A DNA stretch of 64,000 bases from Vitrella brassicaformis CCMP3155 (Eukaryota > Protista > Chromerida), in NCBI GenBank assembly GCA_001179505.1, contig CDMY01000477.1:124001-188000 (forward strand), given 5' to 3'. The first letter of the stretch is position 1. Every line of letters begins with the position of its first letter. The translations under genes and the position numbers were made by a program. Shown here in pieces: positions 1 through 11,900 of this stretch. The notes under the pieces are model-generated. The model did no database searches. It was not told the DNA's origin and saw only the letters and a list, made by a program, of their open reading frames with translations.

Positions 1-1
1 C

Positions 2-409
2 CGCGGCCGTGCAGAACGGGATGTTGTCAACCGAGGTGGTGACACCGGCGCCGCTGCAGAGTTGATCCTCAGCGTCCTTTGCCCCTTTGCAGTCACCTCG
101 TCCGTGCCCCTTTGCAGGCAGCCGTATCTCGTTGATTACGCACACCTGGCCCTTCAAACATTTGAACGCGCCGGCCTCGTGTCCGTAGGCGTAATCCTCT
201 GCGACCACCTCCGTCTTGGGCCCCTTCGGAGAAGGGATGACCCCTAGACGCCCCCTCGATTTGTCTCCTCCGAGTTGGACTTTCAGGGTGTAGAAGGCAA
301 AGTCGATTGAACACTCCGGAAGCCGGCCCGTGGCGTGGCCTGCGACGGGCGTGACGCTCGTGACAAAGATCAGGCATAAGGCGACAACAAGGGCCCTCGA
401 AAATGCCAT
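2..409 (-). CDS. Secreted Cys-containing hypothetical protein, 5' part; runs off the window edge
   Basis: My translation of the minus strand from ATG 409 is open to base 2: MAFSRALVVALCLIFVTSVTPVAGHATGRLPECSIDFAFYTLKVQLGG...FKCLKGQVCVINEIRL...DNIPFCTAA. Hydrophobic signal peptide and several Cys. Absent from the ORF track because there is no stop in the window. Confidence 0.7.
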   Translation of the reverse strand, partial: MAFSRALVVALCLIFVTSVTPVAGHATGRLPECSIDFAFYTLKVQLGGDKSRGRLGVIPSPKGPKTEVVAEDYAYGHEAGAFKCLKGQVCVINEIRLPAKGHGRGDCKGAKDAEDQLCSGAGVTTSVDNIPFCTAA

Positions 410-467
410 CTCCGCAGGAAAGGTGCTGGCCCGCTGCTGGGGGCTTCGATCGTTCGACCCGTCTCGC

Positions 468-578
468 GTGGCGTCTCAGAAGAATTCGCACATTGCCACT
501 GGACGCCGCCAGTGTGGCGTCTCACGCCACTGGACGCCGCCAGTGTGGCGTCTCAGACTACGCTGATGTGGCGTTTCT
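468..578. repeat. Tandem 30-bp direct repeat with flanking partial copies
   Basis: GCCACTGGACGCCGCCAGTGTGGCGTCTCA is exact at 495-524 and 526-555. Partial copies: GTGGCGTCTCA at 468-478 and GTGGCGTTTCT at 568-578. Confidence 0.95.
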
Positions 579-978
579 ATAAGATCTGCATGTCTTATAA
601 ATCTTCAATGATTAAAGTTCAATCACGGGAGACAAAGGAGACTCTCGTTTGACACCGTCCTCCTTTTGTGTAAAATCTATCGTCTGATTCCACGACTGTG
701 TTTCTCCCTCTCCGGCAGCAGCGGTGTGTGTCCAACGCTAGTCATGTCTGCTTGGATGGCCCTTGATACCTGAATGAACCATGAAGGCACAACGAAGTAA
801 CCGTAAGACGATGAAAGGCATGATACGCACCCATCTGGTAGCTCCCTCAGATTGCCATGAGGTTGCCGTGCCGACAGCATAGACTGCAGATGTCGCGAGA
901 GCCAGCAGGCTGCGATGCACGCACGGGACATACATGGGATCACATTATGTATTGTATGAATGTGAATGAAAATGTGAA

Positions 979-3900
979 TCACGTTGCAACCGAGAGCGGG
1001 TTGTATCCCGTATGGTCGCACCTTTTGAATTCTCGCTGCCCCTCCCCGATGGTCGGGGGAAACTCCTCACCTCGCCCCACGGACTCAACCATCTGTGTGA
1101 GCGAAGCGCGTGGACAGACAGACATATGGATTGTCACTCTCACACAGTGATTGTCTAGATTGTCTACCTCATGCCACAGATGGTGTGCGGCTTGGATCTT
1201 CATGTCTTCAATGTGGGCCACGCGGCGATTGATTTCATGCTGCACCGCCTGCACACAGAAGGGAGAGAAGGGCCTTGGCTCAGCAATCGACCCGACTGCG
1301 TGGAAAGCAGCGCAGCGCAGTGCATACCGATATCTTCTCGATGTTGTGCCAGCCAATCACACTCTGCCCGTCAAATCGGTCGCTTTGTCTCTCCCGTGCC
1401 CTGCCTCCGTCTGATGAGCTGCGAGACTCCTGCCTAGACCGACTGCCAGTCTGGCTCCCCTCTCTCATCCGGGGTGCCCTGTGTCTCGGCGACCCATTCT
1501 GTGGACTGCGGCCCCTCCGCTCTTTCATGCTCGTGTACAGCAGCCTGATGCCCTCTTCTCTGTCATATCGCTTCTTCGGCTCTGGGGCGAACGTCGGGGC
1601 TGTCTGGATTCGTGGAGCATCGAGCGGCTCTTGTGAGGGAAAGTGACTGAGTGTGGGAGGCGCAGAGCCGGCTCCTACAGAGAGAGACATGTCTTTGACC
1701 ATCGACACGTCCTGGGCGTCGCCTGATGCCGTGTGTGGGGGAAGGAGGGCTTGCATGGGCGGCAGAAGGGTCCGTTGTGCGGTGACGAGCCGCGCGTCGC
1801 TCTGCTGAGATGATCTTCTCCTAGTGCTGCTGTCTTGCTCAGCTGCGCTGACTTTCATCCCTGTCCCCTCAGCAGCCTCAGGGTCCGGGAGCTCATGCAA
1901 GGGAGGGAGGTCTATGCCCGGGGGATGAGGATGTCGATCCACACAGTGTGCGAGGCCCTCGATGTCTTGCCAGGGGTTGGGCAGGCCAGTGGCAGCGGCA
2001 AGGGTATCGATGGCCTCCTCGAGCGCCTCTAGTGTGCCCTGCTACATGACGACGCACGCATCCCACCAACACCTCTTGAATGGTGTATGCTCGCGGCTCT
2101 TCTCCACCACACATACCAGCGTTGTCTTCTTAGTGGCACTGCCGTCGTGTTCCCTTCTTCTCTGGACGGGTTTCCCAGCCTTGGATGCCCCCTTGGGCTC
2201 TCTCCTGCCGCCTGCAGGCCGCTCGCCGGTCATCACCTGGTCCTGACTGAAGCGGATATGGTAGCCAGGAGTCACTGAGGACACTCTCCGTGACTTGGCT
2301 GCAGGGGATGCAGGCCCCGCTGTTTTGGGTGGGGCGGGAGCGTGCTGGTCCTCGGCAGCCGTGGTGGCCGACGAGGCATGGTCGGATGAGTCGACGAGAA
2401 TGCTTCGCACTGATGATGCATGAGGAGGGAAACACAGAAGAGTGAGTCACGGAGACATGGGTGTATTGTCTGCCCACTTCGTAGTGTTTTTGCCGTCAGC
2501 TTTCTCTTGGGCGGCAGTGCACCAATCACGGAGTTTCGGAGGTCCTCATCTCTCAACAGACCAGTCTCCACCCACTGGCTGACGCGGCCCTTTGTCCGTC
2601 CTTTGGGAGGCCACAAGACAACTGCGCCGTTCTCGTTCCGGACCACATAGCGGTCGGATGCCATCTCTCGTCCCTGTGAAGTCATGGCAGAGGCGGGGGG
2701 TGACTCTTGGGCTGCTTCAGCAGGCACGGCCGTCGCTGTTTGGTCTATCTGGGACCGCCTGCGGTTGGCAGCTGTGCGCTTCGGAGGAGCAGTGGATGAA
2801 TCGGATGAGTAAGAGCTGCCAGCTGACGCCGACGTGGCACTATGCGACCGATATGAGGAGGGGGGGAAGTGCGTCTCTTCATCGGTGGCATCAATCTCCG
2901 GTCCTCCACCTTCGGTAGAGAGCTTGTGGCCCACTCTGTACTCTATCATCGCATCCCTGAGTGCCGCCAGGTCCACTGGTTCATAGTGATAGCCATCCGT
3001 AGTGCAGCTGTCCTCCTCCATAAGGGAGTGTTCCACGGGAGACATGCCGAACTTGCACAGTGTGTGGCACGACTGCGTCGATGTGGGGAGCCGTGTCTCC
3101 GCTGCTGCAGGGATGGGAGGCGGGGAGGGGCTCAGAGGATGAGCTATGTTCATGATGGCTGCATGGATGCCTGACCATCACGTGACAGAGGCAGGTAGAC
3201 GCTGTGCCGAGTCTTCTTCATTTAATGAGGGAATCGTGTGCACCCACCGTCGGCAGTGAGTCGGCCAGCGGGTGGGAAGGCGGGGATGCTGGATTCCATC
3301 AAGGAGGCCAGGGGAGAGGGGAGGGATGCAGCGCTGTCGACAGACAACAGACGGCTGGACGACCGACGACCAGTGCGTGCAAACTCTGCATGGACGACCA
3401 ATGAGTGGTTTTCCGTTTGTCCGACTCCCCGCTTACGCTCGAAAGTCAAGGTTCGCGACCTGGGGGCAGACGCAACACACACACATAGCTAATGGGCAAG
3501 ATGTCCGATGGAGAGCTGGATAGTCGGCGCCTGACTTGGTTCTGTTGAGCCTATCAAAGAGCATCGCCGCGTCGCCAATTTGAATGGGGGTAGTCGGAAA
3601 CATGGCCTACAAAAGAGACACATATATACATACATACATACATGGCTCTCTCTGCCCTATGCAGCAGGAGCCTCTCATGTGGTGCTCACTCACTCACTCT
3701 TAAACCTTTGAGGAATTCCCGTTTTGTAACAGAGTTGTTCTTCGAGCTTCTTGAGTCGAAGTAGCACCACGCTGCCACCTTCGAAACAGAGGCGAAGCGT
3801 CCCATCCTCCATGCGTTCATGTCCCGTCGTACCAGTGTGCCATACTTGCGCCGAACGTGATAATGAAACTCGTCGGGGCTCCTGCATAAGCCATACTTGT

Positions 3901-5392
3901 GCACAAATCAGTGATTCATGTTTACTAGCTTGTTAGCTTCGTTGTCACATGTTTGCGACGTCCACGTGCTCTTGCGCATCATGTTGTGGCTCTGACGGCG
4001 CTGCAGGATCCCAGCACATGGAGCCCGTGCCAAGTAGGTAGATGCGCCTGTAGACACCGAGACATGATGCACTGAATCTCGCCGTCTGTGTCTGCATGTT
4101 GTTACTTGAGCTCGTCTCTGCGCGCGATTGGGTGTGTGTTGACGAGGGCTAATAGGGATGTCTCGGCGGATCGGCACGCTGACTGGCGGCGACTGGTCAT
4201 GTCATCCTGTGGCCACCCACAAGGAGACGAAAGATCATACTCTTGTGTATCGCTCCCCTCGAGTACTTTAAGATGTCGCAACTCCATCTCGAGCTGAGCA
4301 TACGTGAGGTTGAACCGCGAAATCCACACGAGCTGCTGTCTGCCTCGTTCGCTCCTCACAGAGGCCAGCTTGATAGACGGCCACCTGCCGAGGATGCTGT
4401 TGGGAGGCAATCCTTCAGCCACAGACAGACACACACACGAGGACACAAACCAGAGGGACACCCAAGTCATCCCTCTGGCTCACGTCGGCGTACCTGCCTT
4501 GAGAAGTGCTTGCAATGCGAGTCGCACGTGCATGCCGTCTTGAGCTGTCCCGAGAGTGGCGTAGAGTTTGGATACGCGTAGTTGCAGCAGCTCCGCGTAC
4601 ATAACTCTGGCCTGGGCGGCGACATGAGCGGATGAAGGAAGTGTCCCTTCCCCTCGTGGCTCAATCCATTGGCCACTTCGAATGCATGCTCACTTTTTTG
4701 ACTTCGAAGTCGATTTTATCGGCCGGTCCCCTCAGCGAAGAGTAGTCTTTCTTGGCAGCGGCGAGCTCTTGTTTGTACCGCTTGTCTCTCTCTTCTATCA
4801 AGACTTGCTGTCTGAGCTTTGATACACTTAAATCGCACACAGAGAACATTCAAACACTGTGAGTGACAACAACAAGGACTGACGTCTTCCTATGCTACCC
4901 GGACAGGCCCCGTGCAGAGCTTTCGGCAGAATGGGCCTCCCCTCCCCCTCCGCCCTCTCTGTTTTGTGTTATTTTGAATTGAAGATCACCGATCAGTTCA
5001 CAGAAGCGGCGAGACCGGTGCCGCACCGCAACGGCGTACACGCGCATGTATTGCAGTCGAGCCCGAACGTCTCTGAAGAGGCGATCAAACTCTGCAGTGC
5101 AGACACACAGACGGGAAATGAATGCAGGAACGGACAGACAGTGTCACATACAGGTACAGACAACGGCGACGCGCGTTTCCTTACCCTGCTGCAAACTTTT
5201 GCAAGGCTGACTGCTGGCCGCGTACTTTTGAAAGACGCCGATGTGCCTCTGCAGCAGTGTCTCGTGCGCTGCTGGCGCTGCTGACACATGCCTTGATGGG
5301 GGAACGCTTCCTTGGAAAATTCGCTCCAACACACTTTTTGCGTCAGTAGCGCCATCGCCACTGTAGTTATTATCGGCGTGACGGTCCTCCAT
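979..5392 (-). CDS. Multi-exon hypothetical protein, largely low-complexity
   Basis: Chain of GT-AG-bounded coding blocks: MEDRHADNN...; EFDRLFRDVRARLQYMRVYAV; VSKLRQQVLIEERDKRYKQELAAAKK; RFNLTYAQLEMELRHLKVLE; long exons at about 2470-3150 and 1330-2040; last exon ends ...YNPLSVAT*. No domain recognised; it could be two genes. Confidence 0.55.
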
Positions 5393-5440
5393 TGCAAGAG
5401 GGTTGGGGGCGGGGAGGGTGGTGGGGGGCGAGACGGGGGA

Positions 5441-5448
5441 TGCGAGCT
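5441..5448 (+). promoter_or_regulatory. Candidate promoter motif TGCGAGCT
   Basis: Lies between divergent starts 5392(-) and 5554(+). Confidence 0.6.
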
Positions 5449-5553
5449 CATGAAGGGAGGAAGGGGGGAGGAGGAGAGGAACGAAAGACTTGACAGGAAG
5501 ACTGACACCGACAGAGTCTGACATCTCATTGATCCCCCTCTGCCATCCCAAAG

Positions 5554-5930
5554 ATGGGCGGCATCAGTTTTGGCCGTGCGTTGCTGGCTGTCTTGTGGAA
5601 GAACTTCCTGTTGAAGACCAGACGGCGAGTTGCGACGCTGCTCGAGATCGCCTTGCCCGCCGTGATCGCCCTCTTCCTCATCTGGGTGCGCGGAGAGATC
5701 AAGCGGGTGAGTAAGAAGGAAGAGTAGAGGAGCACAGAGGGGTGGAGGAGCAGCGGCACGAGAGAGCTGGCCTGACTCACGCTGATGGTATGCGTGCGTG
5801 CATTCAGGAGCCGATCGATGAGACGCATTTCAACGACCCCAAGTACGACCTCTCTCTCTGGGCCAGCTATGACGAGGGCGACGAGGGGCCGCAGCTGTAC
5901 GAACCGGGCGAAGCTGCTCCAAGTGATACG

Positions 5931-5961
<31 letters not shown>

Positions 5962-8900
5962 GCCCAATCAATCAGCTCATGGACTCAGATTTGCACGGCA
6001 AGTGTGCATCGACCGTGTATTTTTGTTTGTGTGTTGTCTTGCAGCCCTGATGCGATCGACGGTCAGCCGGGAGTATAACGGGATGCATCTGTCGTACTTT
6101 CCCGACATCCTACGCTCAAAAGGCAAGTTTGCCATCGTGGGCAAGGGCAGCCTCTTCACGGACTTCGCCCTCTTCTGGGACAATTTCCTCATGAAGGTTC
6201 GACCAGGTGAACAAACGAGACACAGGGAGAGAGAGAGACAGACAGACAGGCAGACCGGGAGTAGAAGAGACTGCGGATGAGCGAATGAGTGCTGTCTTTT
6301 GACGTGTGTGGTGTGTCTCTGCGTCCGTCCGTGTGGCTGCATAGATTCCACCACCTCCACCGGCTATGCCGCTGAGTACGACAACCTCCTGCTTTACTTC
6401 AAGAATGAGGACAGAATGGACGAATATATCAAAAAGGTGATTGGAATGCCACACAGCAGGCAGACGTCATGAGACATGTTCGCTCCTGAATTAATTGATT
6501 GATTGATTGATTGATTGAGATCAGGGGGACTATGGGTTCACCAAGGACAGGCCATCGATCCATGCCGCCCTTGTCTTTGAGAAGGGCAGCAGAAATTGGC
6601 ACGTAAGTCGATGGAAGCGGCAAGAAGGGCTGCCTCAATTGCTTGCTCCCGTACAGGCGAAGATCCGGATGAACGCAACTGCTGACCAAACATCCGACAC
6701 ACGCGCGCCAAAGGTGTTTTCTATTAGACGCAAATTCAGAGGAGACTTTGCCAAACAGGTAATGGCGTAGATGAGGCAGGGCCATGCGCTCGTATAGACC
6801 ATTACTTGTTGTGGTGCAGTACCGCGACGGTGACTTCGAGGCCCAGTGGGACCAGCCTCCCCAGGGCGGCTTCATCGACGTCCAGACACTCTTCTACGCA
6901 TTCATTCTGAAACAGGAAGGCCTCGTCACCGAGACGGCCACTCCACGTAAGGCTGAGAGAGAAGGCCCAATCCTGAACAAGGTCGCTGCATGGCACTGTG
7001 AGGTTTGGTTCTGTGCGCTTGCAGCCTTGGATTCTGACGTGTCGTTCTTTCTACGCCAACATTTTGACACGAAAGTCGGCATACGCACCACCCTCCCCCT
7101 CAGACGCCGCATGCAGGGCACCGACAGTGACCTTGCAAGGATCATGAACATCGCGGCCAACAACAGCGCTTGGTTCAGCAGTGACGTCCAAAACGATCCG
7201 ATTCTCGGGAACTGGACCGCCGACAGCACAAGGTAATTCTCAGTTCCGTGCCGCCGATCTCACGATAGGATGGTTGAGACGCCGTCCTTTCCGCTGGCGT
7301 ATTTGCAGTGTTTCGCCCCAAGACCTGGAGGATTTTGTGCCGACGTTGCTTAGTGAGCTGGACACATCTGTCGGCCTCCAGGACGCCATCCGCCTCGCAG
7401 TGAGCCCCTACCTGCCCGTCAAATTCAGGTGCTACACTGCAGGCGCACACGCACACGCGCTAGATAAACCGAAACAGAACACGCGCCCCATATTGTGTGT
7501 GCTGAAGGGAGGTTGGTTTCCCCACGATCGAGCACAAAGACGACCCGCTGCCGACCCTTCTGGGCATTTTTTTCGGGCTTTTCTTCACGCTGGTGGGCCA
7601 GGCCGGGGGGTCGATGGACGGGATCAGGCGCGGTGGTTGTCCTGTGGGTGTCTGTGCAGGTGTACATGCTGCCCGTGTCTCGACTGGTCAAGTTCATCAT
7701 GGAGGAAAAGGGTGAGAGTGACAAGCTGGCTGAGACTTTGGATAGCTGGCTGGCTGGCTGGCTGGCTAGCCCCTCGATGGGTTCCTTTTGTGTACGTCTC
7801 CTGTGGACCTGTTTGTCCATGCAGAGTACCGGATCAAGGAGGGAATGAAGATGATGGGCATGACCGACCCCATCCTGTGGCTGTCGTGGTACATCACATA
7901 CGGCGTCATCGCCTTCGTCCAGGCCATACTCCTCACACTTTGCCTCACTCCTGTTTACCCCAAGTCGGACAAAGGCAAGCATTGCAAACCTCCATACGTA
8001 CACACACACACGCACTGGCTGCACCATTGTTGGCTGCACATACGACAGGTTTGGTGATCCTCCTCTTCTGGTTGTTCGGCATGGGCAACATATCTTTCAC
8101 CATCATGCTGCAGGCGTTCTTCAGCAAGGCCAAACTTGCGGGTCAGCCAGTGAGACACCTGCCCGCAGTATGCGACTTGGCGTGTCTCACTGTGTGTGTC
8201 AGCCGGGATGAGCGCCCTCGCCTTTCTGGCGCTGTACTTCCCCTATTACAGCACGGCGTCCGGCATCACTGAAGTCAAGAGGGGCGCCAAAGTTGCGTCG
8301 TGCCTGGCGCTGCCCGCATGCCTCGGACACGGCGCCACAGTGTATGCCCAGTGGGAGGCCGTGGAACAGGGTATCAACTACGGCAACATCGGCACGCCCA
8401 TCGAGAACATGGCTGGAAACGACGTGCTGGTCAGTACACGGTCAATCGTTTACCTTATGCCGACGGTAATTTTCCTGCCTGTGCGTCGTTGCCTTTGTTC
8501 GTTCATTCATTCAGTTGATGATGCTGGTGGACATCGTCTTGTACTTCCTCATCGGTGCCTATGTGGAGAAAATCTGGCCTGGCGACTTCGGCACCCCACT
8601 GCCATGGTCACCCACGCATACGCACACACAACGACGCACACCACCCATGAGACATGCACGCGAATGTCCGTGCACACAGCGATGCGTCTTGATGTCCGTT
8701 CGTCCTCATTCTGGCTGGCTGCAGGTATTTCCCTGTGTCTCCGAAACTGTGGATGGACCTTCTTGGAATCAAAAAGAATGCAGCTGTGCAGGCGAGTGAC
8801 GTCGAGAACCGCACCATTGACCACGAACTATACGAACCGACGCCACCAGAACTGCAGGACAAGGTTGGTCAGTCAGCCAGAGAGAGATACGCATATTTTG

Positions 8901-11900
8901 ACAGGCAAGTGTATTCATCAATCGTCGTGTGTGTCTGTCGATCAGATGAAAGTCGAGCTGATCAACCTTCGCAAGGAGTTCAATAAGACCTCACCCCTTG
9001 GCAAGATTTTCCCCGACATGTTCCCTGACAAGTCATTCCGGGCCGTCGATGACATCAATCTGCAGGTACGCAGGCAGCCAAGCGAACACACATCGGCTGA
9101 GTGCCTGCTGGTCGGTCGACAGATGTACGAGGGCCAGATCCTTGCTCTGTTGGGCCACAATGGAGCTGGCAAGACCACCACCATCTCCATGCTCACCGGT
9201 GCGTACACTCGGACGGATAAGCAAGAGAGAACGAATCATCCGAATCATCGGTGGCTGGCGGTGGGTGGGTCCGTGCCTGTGTGTAGGCATGTTGCCTGTG
9301 AGTGGCGGCGAAGCCAAGATCTATGGCCACAGCATTGCCTCCGACATGCCCCTCATCCGCGCCAGCATGGGCATCTGCCCACAACACGACATACGTTAGT
9401 CAGTCAGGCAGTCAGTCAGGCAGAGACAGACACACACCTGTGGTCATGCCTGTCGGCTGCTTGGTGTGTTTTGTGTGTGTCTCGTTCCCTTCAGTGTTCG
9501 ATATCCTCACTGTGCGGTAGGTAGGCTGGCTAGCCGGCTGCATGTAAGTACGTTGCGTCACACTTCCTGTCTGTCCTTCCTTGCTGTCTATCTGCAGTGA
9601 GCATCTGCTCCTGTTCTGCAACATCAAGGGCATCCCGAAGGCCATACAGGAGGAGGAAGTCACCAAGACCATCGCTGCGGTCAACCAGAACACAACCGTC
9701 ACACCAAGCAAGAAGAGGCCGCCTCCTTTATGTACTTGCCTGTGCTTCATTCAGGTCGGATTGCAAGAAAAGACCAACAGCCGTTCTCACACGCTGAGCG
9801 GAGGGCAGAAGAGGAAGCTGTCGGTGGGCATCGCCCTCATCGGCGGCAGCAAAGTCGTGTTCCTAGACGAACCATCCACAGGCAGGCGGAAAACTGACCG
9901 ACTCCCCGACGCGACAGCCTCGCTCATATATGCACGGGCGCGTGTGTGTTGGTCAGGTGTCGACCCATACAGTCGCCGCGCGTTGTGGGATCTGCTGAAA
10001 GAGGTCAAGAAGGACCGCGTTATCGTCCTCACCACACACTTCATGGAGGAGGCTGACTATCTCGGTCCGTTCGGCGTGCGGACACACCACACATACACAC
10101 ACACATCGACGCCACATTGATGCGTGTAGGCGACAGGATCGCCATCATGGCTGCTGGGAAGGTCAAGTGTTGCGGCTCGTCCCTGTTTCTAAAGAAGAAG
10201 TACGGTGCGGGCTACACCTTCACGTGCAGCAAGGCCGTGGCCGACAAGGAGGACGACCTGCAGAAACTCATCCACGACAAAATACCAGAGGTGGCCACGG
10301 AGGCGCGGCAGCAGACAGCTCGTGCAAACAGCTGTGTTTTTCTCTTCTACTCGTCTCCGTGTCTACCCATCTATGTGGTGTGTGTATCAGGCTGAGACAT
10401 TGAGTAACGCGGCTGCTGAGATATCCTTCAGGCTGCCGTTCACCGCTTCCAGTCAGCTCCCTGAGTGAGCGACAGCACAAGAGGGAGACATATACACACG
10501 GTGAGTGGATTGGTTGGTTGTTTGTTTGCGTCCAGTGTGTTGGAGGCGTTGGAGCAGGACAGCCAGAAGAACGAGGCGCAGACGTATGGCGTCCGCAGCT
10601 TTGCCATCGGGGTCACCACACTAGAGGAGGTACCTACTGTGTGGACGTCAGTCAGTCAACCAGCCACAATTTCCCCCTCTATGCTTGATTGCCCTCCACA
10701 GCTGGCTGTATGTCTGCGAATGAATGCAGGTGTTTCTGAAGGTCGGCCGTCACGCCGAGGGAGACGTCCTCGACATCACCGACAAAGGCAACGACGCCTT
10801 CCAGGTCAACCACACTGCCATCCTTGGCTCCCTTTCAGTGGATCAGCATACACATACATACATCTCACGTGTCTGTACAGGTACGGCACTCATTTGAGGA
10901 TCTCGACCAGGTCGAGTCGGCGCCATCGGCCAAGAAGGGCAAGGACAGCAGCCAGGTGCACGCCGAGGGAGCCACTTTCACACGTCAAGCAGTCAAGGCC
11001 GGCGAGCGGCGGCCCAGTTGGGAGGAAAGGGAGCTGGGGCGGGTCACTGGAGGCTTCGTGCTCTTCGCCATCCACATGAAGGCACTGCTCATCAAGAGAT
11101 TCCACGCCAACAAACGCGGTATGTATGGCAGACACTGCGGGCGCAGCCCGAGTGATTGCTCGCTGAGGTCAGGCTCCCGTGATTTTGCTGCGACTTTCTG
11201 CAGACTTCAAGGGATTCTGCTGCCAGATAGCGTTGCCGATTCTCTTCGTCCTGTTCGCGCTCATTCTACTCAAATTCAGTGGCGCGTGAGCTCTTCCATG
11301 CCCGACATGCTCTTACATGCCCGATGCTCTTAAGCCTCGCCTTTCCATGCGTCGTTCAGCGACTCGTTTTGGAGTCACAGCCTGTCGATTCAGAGCCACT
11401 ACGGCGACATCGACATCCCCTACAATAGAGACCCCCGATGGGACAGCGTATTCACCTACAAGAACGTACGAACAGGACATGTTGCCTTGATTACAGACTG
11501 TTCGTTCATGACCGTCTGCTTTGGTCGATCAGAGCTTGCATGTGAGGGGTGTGAGCGCGGCTGAGATTGACAACGACTTCTCCGTTTGGCTGCACGACAC
11601 AGCAGGGGATGAAGAGGAGCCCAGGTGACGGGCGGCCGGCCACAAGCACGAGTCAGATAGAGAGCAATAGCGGGCCATCTCTCCCTGTGTATGCCCGTGC
11701 GCGTGTGTGTGGTTAGGCGCGGTGCCTACTTGATCAATGACGTCAGCCTGACAGGGCCACTACCGGAAGTGCAAATGGACCTCTACTGGAACAGCTCAGG
11801 ACGAGACGCGTAAAGCAGACTATTCATCCAGGTGGAGGCTAGCACGCAGCTGAGTGAGCATCTCTCAGGCTGCCTATCTACTACCATGAGTTCTTCAATT

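Noticed and set aside
495-555. CRISPR-like palindromic 30-bp repeat
   Set aside because: Only two full copies separated by 1 nt, no spacers, no cas genes, eukaryotic context.
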